DNA of 64,000 nucleotides from an uncultured Planctomycetota bacterium (GCA_963752285.1 CAVVXN010000005.1:544001-608000); one strand, 5' to 3'; positions 20,412 through 30,776 are shown, counted from the stretch's first letter. The notes: generated from the letters alone by a model not told the origin. Made by a program: numbers and translations.

Positions 20412-21470
20412 ATGAGGATCCGCTGGCGCAACCTGGAGCTTCCCACGAAGGTCGTCGCGGACTCGGCGACCCGCACGGACACCTACGCCAAGTTCACGGC
20501 CGAGCCGTTCGAGCGCGGGTACGGCGTGACGGTTGGGAACGGGCTCCGGCGCGTGCTGCTCTCGTCGATCGAGGGCACGGCGGTCACGTCGGTCAAGATC
20601 CCGGGCGTGAAGCACGAGTTCTCGAGCATCGACGGGATCAAGGAGGACGTGACCGACATCGTCCTCGCCCTGAAGCGGCTCCGCGTCCGCTTCCACAACG
20701 ACGACCCGAAGGTGCTCCGCGTCGAGAAGAAGGGCCCCGGCCCGGTCACGGGCGCCGACGTCCAGGTGACCTCCGATTGCGAGGTCGTGAACCGCGACCT
20801 CGTCATCTGCAACATCACCACCGACCGCACCTTCGAGTGCGAGGTGGAGGTGCGGAAGGGCCGCGGTTACGTGACGGCCGAGGAGAACGCGCGCGACGAG
20901 ATGGAGATCGGCGTGATTCCCGCCGACTCGATCTTCTCCCCCGTGCAGCGCGTCCGGTACCGCACCGAGAACACGCGCGTCGGCAAGATGACGAACTACG
21001 ACCGTCTCATCCTCGAACTGTGGACGGACGGCACGATCACGCCCGAGATGGCGCTCGTCGAGGCGAGCAAGGTCTACCGCAAGCACCTGAACCCCTTCAT
21101 CCAGCTCTTCGACGTGGGCAAGGAGCTCGCGATCGAGCCCCCGGCGGCCGCCCCCGAGCCGGTTTCCACGTCCATCCCCTCGAGCCCGGTCGCCGTGGCG
21201 GCGCCGGCGCCGATGGGACCCCCTTCGGACGAGCTCGTCCAAAAGCTCGAACTCCCCATCAGCCGCATGGACCTCTCCGTTCGCGCGAGCAACTGCCTGG
21301 AGTCCGAGGGCATCCAGACGATCGGCGACCTGGTCGCGCGGTCCGAGGACGACCTGCTCCACTTCAAGAACTTCGGCCGGACGTCGCTGAAGGAGATCAA
21401 GAAGAAGCTCGACGACATGGAGCTCTCGCTGGGGATGGACGTCGAGTCGATCCGCGCCCGGAAGGACTAG
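20412..21470 (+). CDS. rpoA: RNA polymerase alpha subunit
   Basis: EPFERGYGVTVGNGLRRVLLSSI, HEFSSI.G, LSVRASNCL, KNFGRTSL. Confidence 0.99.
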   Translation: MRIRWRNLELPTKVVADSATRTDTYAKFTAEPFERGYGVTVGNGLRRVLLSSIEGTAVTSVKIPGVKHEFSSIDGIKEDVTDIVLALKRLRVRFHNDDPKVLRVEKKGPGPVTGADVQVTSDCEVVNRDLVICNITTDRTFECEVEVRKGRGYVTAEENARDEMEIGVIPADSIFSPVQRVRYRTENTRVGKMTNYDRLILELWTDGTITPEMALVEASKVYRKHLNPFIQLFDVGKELAIEPPAAAPEPVSTSIPSSPVAVAAPAPMGPPSDELVQKLELPISRMDLSVRASNCLESEGIQTIGDLVARSEDDLLHFKNFGRTSLKEIKKKLDDMELSLGMDVESIRARKD

Positions 21471-21475
21471 TTGCC

Positions 21476-21925
21476 ATGCGACACCTGAACGCCGGCAAGA
21501 AGCTCTCCGCCGACACCCAGCACCGGCTGGCGATGCGGCGCAACCTGTCGCGAGCCCTGTTCATCAACGGCCGGATCGTGACCACCATGGCCAAGGCGAA
21601 GGCGACGCGGCCCTTCGCGGAGCGCCTCGTGACGCGCGCGCGGCACGCGAACGCGATCAAGGAGTCGAACCCCGAGGGCTACATCCACCAGTTGCGCATC
21701 CTCCGGCGCGACCTACCGGAGCGCGCGGTACTCAAGCTCCTGGTGGGCAAGATCGCACCGCTCATGAAGGACCGTGCGGGCGGCTACACGCGGATCCTGA
21801 GGGACGCGAAAAACCAGGTGGGCGACAACGCGCCCCGCGCGATCTGGGAGTTCGTGGACCGCCCGGCCGAGGAGCCGGCCGAGCCGAGCGCGAAGCCCGC
21901 GGCGAAGTCGTCGCGCAAGAAGTAG
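21476..21925 (+). CDS. rplQ: 50S ribosomal protein L17
   Basis: MRH..GKKL, HRLAMRRN, IVTTMAKAK, GGYTRI, GDNAP. Confidence 0.96.
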   Translation: MRHLNAGKKLSADTQHRLAMRRNLSRALFINGRIVTTMAKAKATRPFAERLVTRARHANAIKESNPEGYIHQLRILRRDLPERAVLKLLVGKIAPLMKDRAGGYTRILRDAKNQVGDNAPRAIWEFVDRPAEEPAEPSAKPAAKSSRKK

Positions 21926-21935
21926 GAGGAGCCCC

Positions 21936-22895
21936 GTGCCGCCCCTCTCGACGGGCCCGCTCGCCGCTGGCGCCGGGTCGTCGCGTCGGACGGCGGCCAG
22001 CGCGGCCGCGGAGGCCGCGCGCCGGCGCGACGGTATGGACCGCGGCGCGCTCCTCTGGGACTTCCTCGTCAGCTTCATCACCTCGCGCCGGGCGTTCCTC
22101 TCGGTCTACGAGCGGTACGAGCGGCGTGTCCTCTCGGCGGCGCGCCGCCTCGAGGTGAACCGCGAGGAGCTGGAGCTCCCCCCTCGAGAGCTGTTCGACC
22201 TCTTTCACCTCCGTCGGCTGAAGTTCCTGAAGGACGTCCGGCTCCGGACGCTCCGCGACCTCGCCGAGCGCATCTTCGCCGACGGCGAGGACGAAGACCT
22301 GCTCGACGTCTACTGCTCGCACGTCTACCACGAGGTTTCCATCCTCGCGGAGGAGCACCGCTCCGTCGGACGCTTCCTCCGCATCCACGACCGCCGGCGC
22401 TACCGACAGCTCTTCGAGGAGGTGAGCGGGTACTACCCGACGCGTCTGCGGCGGATTCGACGCTTCTTCGCCCAGGGACTCCGACGCATCGAGATCCTCC
22501 TTCCGTCGTGGTCGGAACACCGCGTGATCGTCCGCGGCGTCTACCTCTTCGGGGAGCGCCTCGCGCAGCTCGCGTACGGCCGGGACGTCGCGGTGCTCTA
22601 CTCACGGATGTACCCGCACGGGGGCATGATCGCGGGCTACCTCGCCGCGGCGCGATCGTTCCAGGGTTCGTGCTTCATGAAGCGGGCCCGCGAGGCCGCC
22701 GAGCGGGGGTGCGAGGCGGCCAGGCACCTCGCCGAGCGCCGGCGTCTCGAGCGGGCCGAGCAGACCGCGGCCGACGAGCTCGAGGCGCTGCTTCGCGACC
22801 TCGACGCGGAGGCGGGTCTCCGGCAGCCCGAGGGGGAGCCGTCGGAGGCGTCGGGGACCGCGGCGTCGCCCGATCCCACCCCGTCGTCTCGGTAG
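21936..22895 (+). CDS. Hypothetical all-helical protein at the end of the alpha operon
   Basis: AGGAGGAG RBS right at the rplQ stop, GTG start, coding-like codon bias. No family recognised. Confidence 0.8.
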   Translation: MPPLSTGPLAAGAGSSRRTAASAAAEAARRRDGMDRGALLWDFLVSFITSRRAFLSVYERYERRVLSAARRLEVNREELELPPRELFDLFHLRRLKFLKDVRLRTLRDLAERIFADGEDEDLLDVYCSHVYHEVSILAEEHRSVGRFLRIHDRRRYRQLFEEVSGYYPTRLRRIRRFFAQGLRRIEILLPSWSEHRVIVRGVYLFGERLAQLAYGRDVAVLYSRMYPHGGMIAGYLAAARSFQGSCFMKRAREAAERGCEAARHLAERRRLERAEQTAADELEALLRDLDAEAGLRQPEGEPSEASGTAASPDPTPSSR

Positions 22896-22906
22896 CATCG
22901 CGAGCC

Positions 22907-24307
22907 GTGTCGGATCGCGATGCCCGCACCGTACCCGCCGCGGCGTCCGCCAGCGCCGGGCGCGTGTGGATGACCAGCTTCGGCTGTCAGATGAACCTCC
23001 TCGACGCGGAGCTCGTGCTCGGCGACCTGACGCGGCGGGGCTACGCGCGCGTCGAGGACATGCACGAAGCGGACGTGATCCTGGTTCAGACGTGCTCGGT
23101 GCGTGACCACGCCGAGGCGAAGGTCTGGAGCCTGCTCGGGCGTGCGGGGCAGATGAAGGCCGCGCGGCCCGACCTGCGGATCGGGGTGCTGGGCTGCATG
23201 GCGCAGCGCGCGAAGGAGGAGATCGTTCGCCGTGCGCCCTTCGTGGACCTCGTCCTCGGGACGTCGAGCTTCCGCTCGGCTGCTCAGGACCTCGAGGACG
23301 TGGTTCGCCACGGCGGCCGCGTCTGCCGCACCGACCGGCGCCCGCCGCCCGACATGCCGCCGGACCTGGACCGCGACGTGACCCAGCGACCGGAGCGGCA
23401 CCGCGCGTGGGTGACGGTGATGCGCGGATGCGACCACGTGTGCGCGTACTGCATCGTCCCTTTCACGCGGGGTCGGGAGGTGTCCCGCCCGCTCGCGGAC
23501 GTCCTCGACGAGACCCGCCGCCTCGCGGAGGACGGCGTACGCGAGGTCTGCTTCCTCGGCCAGAACATCAACACGTACGGGAAGGACCTCGGCGAGGGGG
23601 GGCTCGCCACGCTGCTCGAGCGGGCCGCAGAGATCCCCGGCCTCGCACGCATCCGCTTCCTCACGTCGAATCCCTTCGACATGACCGAGGACATGATGCG
23701 GCGCTTCGGCGAGACGCCGAAGGTGATGCCGTGGCTCCACATCCCGGCCCAGTCTGGTTCCGACGCCGTCCTCCGCCGGATGAAGCGCACGTACTCGGTC
23801 GCGCAGTACGAGGAGGTCGTCGGTTGGGCTCGTCGCCACGTGCCCGACGTCGAGATCACCTCGGACTTCATCGTCGGCTTTCCCGGCGAGACGGACGAGG
23901 ACTTCGAGGGCACGCGCCGCCTCGTCGAGCGCGTGCAGCTCGTCCAGTGCTACGTGTTCAAGTACAGCGTCCGCCCGCGCACGCTCGCCGCACGCCGCCT
24001 CGAGGACGACGTGCCCGAGTCGGTGAAGCAGGAGCGGAACGCGGCGCTCCAGGAGGTCCAGGGGGCGATCTCCGAGCGGCGGAACGCGGCGATGGTCGGC
24101 CGGCACGTCGAGGTGCTCGTAGACGGCACGAGCAAGACGCGCGACGACATGCTGGCGGGGCGGGAGCCGGGGAACCGCCTCGTCCACTTCTCGGGCGACC
24201 CCACGCTCGCCGGCCGGTTCGTCACGGTACGCGTGGACGCGGCGGGGCGCCACTCGCTCGTGGGGGAGATCGCCCGGGTCGAGGGCGAGCCGGCCGAGAG
24301 CCGGTAG
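22907..24307 (+). CDS. miaB: tRNA-2-methylthio-N6-dimethylallyladenosine synthase
   Basis: FGCQMN, TCSVR..AE.K, GCMAQR, radical-SAM GCDHVCAYCIVP, QSGS, DFIVGFPGET, C-terminal TRAM-like region. Confidence 0.95.
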   Translation: MSDRDARTVPAAASASAGRVWMTSFGCQMNLLDAELVLGDLTRRGYARVEDMHEADVILVQTCSVRDHAEAKVWSLLGRAGQMKAARPDLRIGVLGCMAQRAKEEIVRRAPFVDLVLGTSSFRSAAQDLEDVVRHGGRVCRTDRRPPPDMPPDLDRDVTQRPERHRAWVTVMRGCDHVCAYCIVPFTRGREVSRPLADVLDETRRLAEDGVREVCFLGQNINTYGKDLGEGGLATLLERAAEIPGLARIRFLTSNPFDMTEDMMRRFGETPKVMPWLHIPAQSGSDAVLRRMKRTYSVAQYEEVVGWARRHVPDVEITSDFIVGFPGETDEDFEGTRRLVERVQLVQCYVFKYSVRPRTLAARRLEDDVPESVKQERNAALQEVQGAISERRNAAMVGRHVEVLVDGTSKTRDDMLAGREPGNRLVHFSGDPTLAGRFVTVRVDAAGRHSLVGEIARVEGEPAESR

Positions 24308-24659
24308 GACGTCCGATCCGCGGGACGCCACCTCGTCGACGTCGATCCGCGGGTCGCAGCTCGACCGCGTCGCGTCGGCCCGGTCCGGGCGGGCGCGCGC
24401 CGCGGGCCGCTCGGCCGGCACCGCCGGGTCCGGGTCCCGTCCGTGGGCCCCCCATGTCGGCGAGCACGTCCGCGACGAGGGTTGGCGGCCCGGCGCGCCG
24501 CGCCCGGCGAGCCACGCGGCCGAGGGGATCGGCCGCGCCGTGGTCGGGGACCTCCCCGGGTAGCTCCGGCGCGGGGCGGCGAGGGGGCGAGGCGGACGCC
24601 ACGCGCCGTGCCGCCCCGCCGAGGCGTGGCCCGAGCGCGGGCCGACTACCATCTCCGCC

Positions 24660-25802
24660 ATGTCGGCGGACGATCACGACCGGGAGCGTCTGCGCCGCGC
24701 CATCGAGCTCGCCGCGAAGGGCCGGTTCCACGTGGAGCCGAACCCCACCGTCGGATGCGTCCTCGAGGTCGAGGGCCGCGTGGTGGGGGAGGGATGGCAC
24801 GTCGCGTTCGGCGCGCCGCACGCCGAGGTGGAGGCCCTGGCGCGCGCCGGGCCCTCCGCGCGGGGCGCGACGGCGTACGTCTCGCTCGAGCCCTGCTCGC
24901 GCGCCGGAAGGACCGGACCGTGCACTGACGCGCTCCTCGAGGCGGGCGTGCGACGTGTCGTGTACGCCGCGACGGACCCGAACGAGGCGGGAAGCGGCGC
25001 GGCGCGGCTTCGGGAGGCCGGCGTCCCCGTGGACGGTCCCGTCCTCGAGAGCGAGGCGGCGCCGCTTCTCGGCGCGTTCCTGCGCGCCCGCGGCCGGGAC
25101 CGTCCGTGGATCGTGCTCAAGTGGGCGATGACGCTCGACGGACGCATCGCCGAGGGACCGGGCCGCGGCGGCCGGATCACCGGCCCGCAAGCGCTCGCGT
25201 TCGCGCACGATCTCCGCGCCCACGCCGACGCGGTGGCCGTCGGCGTAGAGACCGTGCTGACCGACGACCCGCGACTCACGAGCCGGCTGGCGGAGGGCCC
25301 GCCCGGTGCCCACGCGCAGCCGTGCCGGGTCGTCTTCGACTCGTCGCTCCGCACCCCCGTGGACGCGCGCCTCCTCGACGACCTGCCCGACGTCCGGCTG
25401 GTCGTCTACACGGCCGACCCGGACCCGGTCCGCCGGCGCGCGCTCCAGAGACGTGGCGTGGACGTGGTCGAGGTGCCCGACCCGGGCGGGCGCGTGGACC
25501 TCGCGGCCGCGGTCCGGGACCTCGCGGGCCGCGGCGTGGCGCGCCTGCTCGTGGAGGGCGGGGCGCGCCTCCACGGCGCGTTCCTCCGCTCCGGGCTCTG
25601 CGACCAGGTGACGACCTTCGTCGCGCCGAGGATCCTCGGCGCGGAGGACGCGCCCGGCGCGGTCACCGGCGCGGGCTTCTCGGGCCTCGCGGGCGCGGCG
25701 CGGCTCTCCGACGTGCGGTCCCGGCCCCTCGGCGAGGACGTCGTGATCGAGGGCTACCTGGTCGGGCCGATCGCTCCGCTGCCCGACGTCACCCGACCGT
25801 GA
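24660..25802 (+). CDS. ribD: Bifunctional riboflavin deaminase/reductase RibD
   Basis: PNPTVGCV, HAE, LEPC..GRTGPC, KWAMTLDG, DDPRLT, VEGG. Confidence 0.96.
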   Translation: MSADDHDRERLRRAIELAAKGRFHVEPNPTVGCVLEVEGRVVGEGWHVAFGAPHAEVEALARAGPSARGATAYVSLEPCSRAGRTGPCTDALLEAGVRRVVYAATDPNEAGSGAARLREAGVPVDGPVLESEAAPLLGAFLRARGRDRPWIVLKWAMTLDGRIAEGPGRGGRITGPQALAFAHDLRAHADAVAVGVETVLTDDPRLTSRLAEGPPGAHAQPCRVVFDSSLRTPVDARLLDDLPDVRLVVYTADPDPVRRRALQRRGVDVVEVPDPGGRVDLAAAVRDLAGRGVARLLVEGGARLHGAFLRSGLCDQVTTFVAPRILGAEDAPGAVTGAGFSGLAGAARLSDVRSRPLGEDVVIEGYLVGPIAPLPDVTRP

Positions 25803-26857
25803 GCGTTCGTCACGTCGCTCAGCCGGTACCGGATGCGCGCGGCGCGGAGCATCTCCCTCAGCTCGAGCAGGTCGGGGTTGACCGGGTCGATGTACGACGC
25901 GCGCGCGGCGAACTCCTCGGCCGCGCTGTAGATGCGGCCCTGCCAGAAGAACTCCGCCGAGTCGTAGAGCAGTCGGAACTGCGCGGCGTCGAGGTCGTTC
26001 AGCATCGAGATGACCTCGCGGTACCGCGGGTCGTTCGGCCGCAGGATGCGCCGCAGCCGGCCGAGGTCGCGACGCGCGTCCATGAACGCCGCGTCGGCGG
26101 AGTCGGCGTACTTCCGCGCCCGGGAGACGTTGCCGATCTGGCGCGCGTCCGCGGCCTTCTTCGCCACGCTCCGCCCGAGGTCGATCTCGCCCGTCGCCTT
26201 CGTCTTCCTCCGGAGGATCTCCTTGTCGCGCTCCGCCTCGACCTGGATCCGCGCGAGCTCGGCGGCGTCCTTGGCCGCGGCCTTCTGGAGGGCGCCGACG
26301 CGCTGCACGAGCTCGGCGAGCAGGCGGTCGATGGCGACGGCGTTCGGCGCCGCGCCGAACTGGAGCTTCAGGTTCCGCGCGGTCTCGAGCGCGCCCTCGT
26401 AGTCGCCGGCGTCCGCCTGCTTCTCGGCCATCTTCACGCCCACCTGGACGGCGTCTTGCTCGGCCTTCGTGACGACCCCCTGGAAGACCTGCTTGTCGAT
26501 CGCACCCAGCGCCAGCGCCTTCTCGTACTCCACACGCGCCTCGGCGTAGAGCCCGAGCTCGACCGCCAGCTCCGCGAGCGAGAGCCGGGCCTGCCCGTCG
26601 GCGGGAGGGGCGAGCGCCGCCTTCGCGCGGTACACGCCGAGGGGCCGGAGCTGCGCCCACGGGATGCGCCGCGTCTCCTCGGCCCCGACGCGGACGACGA
26701 CCTCCTTCGCGTCCGCCGACTCGACGCTCCCCGTGACGCTCTGGCCCGAGAGGAGGGGGAGCTCGACGGGGCGTGCGTCCCCGGCGGCCGACGCGCGGAC
26801 GCACGGGAGCGCGACGAGGAGGACGGCCGTCAGGAGGACGAAGGGGGCGCGCGACAA
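25754..26857 (-). CDS. Secreted hypothetical protein (N-terminal small beta/Sm-like domain, TPR-like helices); 3' end overlaps ribD by 49 bp
   Basis: TTG 26857 after GAGGAG; signal peptide ..FVLLTAVLLVALPCVRASA; helical repeats (EARVEYEKALAL; YSAAEEFAARASYIDPVNP). Confidence 0.75.
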   Translation of the reverse strand: MSRAPFVLLTAVLLVALPCVRASAAGDARPVELPLLSGQSVTGSVESADAKEVVVRVGAEETRRIPWAQLRPLGVYRAKAALAPPADGQARLSLAELAVELGLYAEARVEYEKALALGAIDKQVFQGVVTKAEQDAVQVGVKMAEKQADAGDYEGALETARNLKLQFGAAPNAVAIDRLLAELVQRVGALQKAAAKDAAELARIQVEAERDKEILRRKTKATGEIDLGRSVAKKAADARQIGNVSRARKYADSADAAFMDARRDLGRLRRILRPNDPRYREVISMLNDLDAAQFRLLYDSAEFFWQGRIYSAAEEFAARASYIDPVNPDLLELREMLRAARIRYRLSDVTNAHGRVTSGSGAIGPTR

Positions 26858-26999
26858 GGGGGGCTCCTCGGGTCCGGGGGGCCGCGGCGCACGGCCCCCC
26901 CTTGCTGGGAACGTCCCCATGCTAGGAAGGGACCGAGCGTCTCCCGAAACCGGACCCGAGGGACGCCGGGAACCCCGAGGCGGCCGGCCGGACGGGCTT

Positions 27000-28157
27000 C
27001 TAGCCGTCGGGGCCGCCCGCGTGGGGCACGGGCGGGGGGAGCGCCGGGGCGGACGCGGCGGGCATCCCGGACGGCGCGGCGACGGTCGGCACCGGCTGGC
27101 GGGCCACGATCTGGCGGTAGCGGTCGAGGAGCTCGGCCGCGTCGATCCGCGCCTCGCGGTGTTTCGTCGCGTCCGTGAGCTTCAGGTACTGCTCCAGGTC
27201 CACGATGGCCTCGGGGAAGAGCCCCATGCCGGCGTACGCCTGCGCGCGCTCGACGAGGGCCGCGATCGACGCGGGGTCCTGGTCGAGGATGCGGTTGTAG
27301 CAGCGGACGGCGTCCCCGAACTCCTCGCGCCGCATGTGCACGCTGCCGAGGAGCAGCAGCATGCCCAGCTCCTTCTCCCTCGCGCCCCGGATCTTCTGCA
27401 TGTACCAGTCGCGCGTCTTCTCCGAGACCTCGCCGCGCATGCGCTTCCGCCACTCCTTCAGCTGCTCCTCCCAGCCGGTCTGGCTCCGCTGGCTGAGCGC
27501 CACGTACCGTTCGCCGTACTGCACGCCGAGCGTCTCGTCGCCGGCGATCAGGTTGGCCTTCGACAGGCCGGCGAGCGCGTACGGGTTGTCGGGTGAGTGC
27601 GCCAGCACCTGCTGCCAGAGCGGCATCGAGGCGCGAAGCAGCTCGTCCCGCTTCGCCTTCTGGTCGTCGATGTGCTCCTGGAGCAGCTTCGTGTCGGGCC
27701 CGCTCGCCTTCTTGATCCGGTTCTCCAAGACCGCGAGGTCGCGCGCGTAGTAGTCGGACAGGTCGGAGTAGACCTCCGCGAAGGTCGTCTGGACCTCGAA
27801 CCGGATGTCCCCCCGGGTGGGGTGCGTCCACTCGAGGCCCACGATGCCCTTCAGGATGGTCTCGGCGCGGCGCAGGTTGGCGACCGAGCCCTCCATCTGG
27901 AGCGACTTGGCGAGGCCGAACTTGGCCCACTGGTCGTCGGGGTGGCTCTCCAGGACCTTGTCCCACATGCTGACCGCCTGCGCGTAGCGGCCGCCCTCGT
28001 AGTAGGTCTTGGCGGCTTCCTCGTAGTAGTCCACGCGCGCCGCGGCGTCGGCCTTCTGGATGCTCGCCTCGGACTTCGGAAACGCTTCGCAACCCGCGAG
28101 GAACGCCGCGGCGAGGAGCGTCAGCGCCACGCGCGGGAAGGGGGTCCTGCTGGCCAT
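27000..28157 (-). CDS. TPR-repeat lipoprotein
   Basis: GGAGG RBS; lipobox LAGC; TPR-like repeats (YAQAVSMWDKVLESHPDD; FGDAVRCYNRILDQDPAS; FPEAIVDLEQYL). Confidence 0.85.
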   Translation of the reverse strand: MASRTPFPRVALTLLAAAFLAGCEAFPKSEASIQKADAAARVDYYEEAAKTYYEGGRYAQAVSMWDKVLESHPDDQWAKFGLAKSLQMEGSVANLRRAETILKGIVGLEWTHPTRGDIRFEVQTTFAEVYSDLSDYYARDLAVLENRIKKASGPDTKLLQEHIDDQKAKRDELLRASMPLWQQVLAHSPDNPYALAGLSKANLIAGDETLGVQYGERYVALSQRSQTGWEEQLKEWRKRMRGEVSEKTRDWYMQKIRGAREKELGMLLLLGSVHMRREEFGDAVRCYNRILDQDPASIAALVERAQAYAGMGLFPEAIVDLEQYLKLTDATKHREARIDAAELLDRYRQIVARQPVPTVAAPSGMPAASAPALPPPVPHAGGPDG

Positions 28158-28212
28158 GCGGGTCCTCCGCTTCGGGACCGGGCGATGATCGGGAGGGGCG
28201 GTCACGGGGGGG

Positions 28213-29664
28213 TCATTTTCGTCGAGAGCCGAGAATCCGGGCCCGGCGGGCCGGGTCGCTGTCGAGCACGAGGGTGTGGATCCGGTCGAGTACCACTTCG
28301 CCCGGCGGGGCCCCGCGGGACTTGCGGACGTGCCGGCGCGGGACGTGGTCGACCTCGACCCTGGGGTGCCCGCGCCGGGCGCTGTACCAGACGGCGAGCT
28401 CGGCGGCCTCGAGGAGCGTCGGGAGGGGCACGGTCTGCCCCGTGGGCGTCGGCACGATCACGTGGCTCCCCGGGGCGCCGCGGACGTGCAGGAAGAGGTC
28501 GTTCGGCCGCGCGTGCCGAAGCGTGAGACGGTCGTTCCCGCGGGCGTCCTTGCCGACGAGCACGTCCCACCCCTCGGCGCTGGTGAAGGTCCTCCAGGGA
28601 AGCGCCTCGACAGGCCGAGCGCGGTTGCGCGGCGTGGGCGGCCGGGGCGGGCCGACGCCTCGGCGCGCCGCCTCGCGCTCGAGGAGCGCGGCGTCGCCCG
28701 CGCCGAGGCCGGCGAGGGCCTCGAGGTCCGCCAGGCGCGCCCGGAGCGCGGGGAGGCGGCGCCCGGCCTCCTCGGCGGCCCGCCGGGCCTTCTTCGCGCG
28801 CCGAAAGCGGTCGGCCACCTCCTCCCCCGGCGAGCGGGCCGGGTCGAGCGCGATCTCCAGCGGCGGGCCGTCGGGGCTCTCCGGGTCGGGAACCGAGACC
28901 TTCGCCCTCCCGCGCCCGAGCAGGTGGAACGAGGCCCGGAGCGCCTCGCCCTCGCGTTCGAGCGCCTGCGCCTCCCCGGACCGGAGGGCGGCCTCGTCGA
29001 GTCGCCGAACGGCGCCCGCGACGCGCCGGCGTTCCCGCTCGACCGCCGCCCCAAGGGCGCGGGCACGCGCCGCGGCCTCGTCGGCGCGCTCCGCCGCCCG
29101 GGCCGCGCGCCGGAGGGCCTCGCTTCCCCGCCCCGCCCCGATGTCTCCCGGGGCGGCAGGCCCCTCCGGCGCGCCCGGTTCCGCCGGCGCCTCCCGGGGC
29201 GGGGTCGGCTCGAACGCGGCGCCGACCGACGCCCCGCGGCGCCGGGCGACGTCCCCGCGCGGGACGAGGCGGACGAGGCCGTCGGCGTCCACGAGGTAGA
29301 GGTTCGCCCCGCGGCCGAAGAGCTCGACCCAGAGCGTGAAGCGCTCGTCGCCGCGCGTGAACGAGAGCGAGAGGCAGCGTTCGCCCGGTACCGGCGCGAC
29401 GGCATGGAGCCGCGCCCCCGCGAGGTGCCGCCGCGCCGCGGCGGCGAGCGGTGAGGGCGCCGCGGGCGCCGGGGCGTGCGGCGCGAGGGCCACGCGCGGC
29501 CACGACGGGTCGAGGTCGATCTCGAGGTCCGTTCGGCCCGCGTCGGACTCGAGCGTGAGCCGGAAGCGCAGACGGTCGTCCTGGTGGACCGCGCGCACGC
29601 GCGCCGGGAGGAGCGAGGCGAGCTCGGACGCGACGGCGGCGACGTCGGCCGGCGTCGTGCTCAC
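28213..29664 (-). CDS. rqcH: NFACT family protein (RqcH/Rqc2 homologue, ribosome quality control)
   Basis: NFACT-N motifs GER and VELFGRGANLYLVD; coiled coil with IALDP..FRRAKKARR; NFACT-R VGKDARGNDRLT..LHVRGAPGSHV. The GTG start overlaps the ndk stop. Confidence 0.88.
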   Translation of the reverse strand: MSTTPADVAAVASELASLLPARVRAVHQDDRLRFRLTLESDAGRTDLEIDLDPSWPRVALAPHAPAPAAPSPLAAAARRHLAGARLHAVAPVPGERCLSLSFTRGDERFTLWVELFGRGANLYLVDADGLVRLVPRGDVARRRGASVGAAFEPTPPREAPAEPGAPEGPAAPGDIGAGRGSEALRRAARAAERADEAAARARALGAAVERERRRVAGAVRRLDEAALRSGEAQALEREGEALRASFHLLGRGRAKVSVPDPESPDGPPLEIALDPARSPGEEVADRFRRAKKARRAAEEAGRRLPALRARLADLEALAGLGAGDAALLEREAARRGVGPPRPPTPRNRARPVEALPWRTFTSAEGWDVLVGKDARGNDRLTLRHARPNDLFLHVRGAPGSHVIVPTPTGQTVPLPTLLEAAELAVWYSARRGHPRVEVDHVPRRHVRKSRGAPPGEVVLDRIHTLVLDSDPARRARILGSRRK

Positions 29665-30125
29665 GCTTCGGGGTCGTAGACCCAGCGCGCCGCATCGGGC
29701 GCCCACGAGACGAGCTCGGCCTTCGTGAACCAGAGCCCGAGCTCGACCGTCGCGGAGGCCGCGCTGTCGGAGCCGTGCACGAGGTTGAAGGACCTGCTCA
29801 TCGCGTGGTCGCCACGAATCGTCCCCGCCGGCGCCTCGGCGGCGTTCGTCGAGCCCATGAGCCGGCGCACGGCGTCGATCGCGCCCTCGCCCCGGACGGC
29901 CAAGGCCACGACGGGGCCCGACGACATGAACCGGAGGAGCCCCTCGAAGAACGGGCGCTCGCGGTGGACGGCGTAGTGCTCCTCGAGGAGCGCGCGGGGC
30001 GCGAGGAGCATCTTGAGGCCCACGACCTGGAGGCCCTTCCTCTCGACGCGGCCGACGACCTCGCCCACCAGGCCACGCTGGACTCCGTCGGGCTTCACGA
30101 GGACGAGGGTGGTCTCGGTCGCCAT
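29661..30125 (-). CDS. ndk: Nucleoside diphosphate kinase
   Basis: [38 protein letters not shown]. Confidence 0.98.
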   Translation of the reverse strand: MATETTLVLVKPDGVQRGLVGEVVGRVERKGLQVVGLKMLLAPRALLEEHYAVHRERPFFEGLLRFMSSGPVVALAVRGEGAIDAVRRLMGSTNAAEAPAGTIRGDHAMSRSFNLVHGSDSAASATVELGLWFTKAELVSWAPDAARWVYDPEA

Positions 30126-30213
30126 GGGGGCTCCTCTCGGACGTCCGGCGGTCGCTCGGGCGCTGGATTGTGGCCGAAGGCTCCGCGGGCACCCAGCTCT
30201 TCGGGACCCGCGG

Positions 30214-30242
30214 TTGACCCGCGGCGGGGGCGGCCGTAGCGT
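30214..30242 (+). promoter_or_regulatory. Sigma70-type promoter placing +1 at the hslV start codon (leaderless)
   Basis: TTGACC-17 nt-TAGCGT, then 7 nt to GTG 30250; no SD. Confidence 0.7.
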
Positions 30243-30249
30243 CCGGCGC

Positions 30250-30776
30250 GTGACGACCCTCCTCGCCCTCCGACGCGACGGTCAGGCCGTGCTCGCGGCC
30301 GACGGACAGGTGACCCTGGGACAGTCCGTGCAGAAGCACGGCGCCGTCAAGGTGCGCCGCATCGAGGGGACGCCGGTGGTCGCCGGCTTCGCCGGCGGGG
30401 CCGCCGACGCGCTCGCGCTCCTCGAGCGATTCGAGGGCAAGCTCGAGGACGCGGGGGACAGCTCGTCCGCGCCGCCGTCGAGCTCGCGAAGGACTGGCGG
30501 AAGGACCGGGTGCTCCGGCGTCTCGAGGCGGTGCTCCTCCTCGCGGACCCGGAGGGCCTGCTCCTCGTCTCGGGTACCGGCGACGTGATCTCGCCCGACG
30601 ACGGCGTCCTCTACGCCGGCAGCGGGGGACCGGTCGCGGGGGCGGCCGCGCGCGCCCTGCTGCGCCACACGGACCTCGCGCTCCCCGACGTGGCCCGCGC
30701 GGCCCTCGAGATCGCGGCCGAGATCGACCTGTACACGAACGACCACGTCACGGTGCTCGAGACGCCGGTCGTCTGA
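30250..30776 (+). CDS. hslV: ATP-dependent protease peptidase subunit HslV; one apparent frameshift (missing G in the G5 run at 30453-30457)
   Basis: [30 protein letters not shown], then ELAKDWR.DR.LRRLEA, GSGG, YTND. Adding one G restores a continuous frame. Confidence 0.93.

Noticed and set aside
24308..24659. FMN riboswitch upstream of ribD
   Set aside because: No conserved FMN aptamer blocks were recognised, and ribD appears to be leaderless.
30450..30465. hslV pseudogene or phase variation
   Set aside because: One missing G in a G5 run restores the protein. The run is too short for a contingency tract, and hslU is intact.
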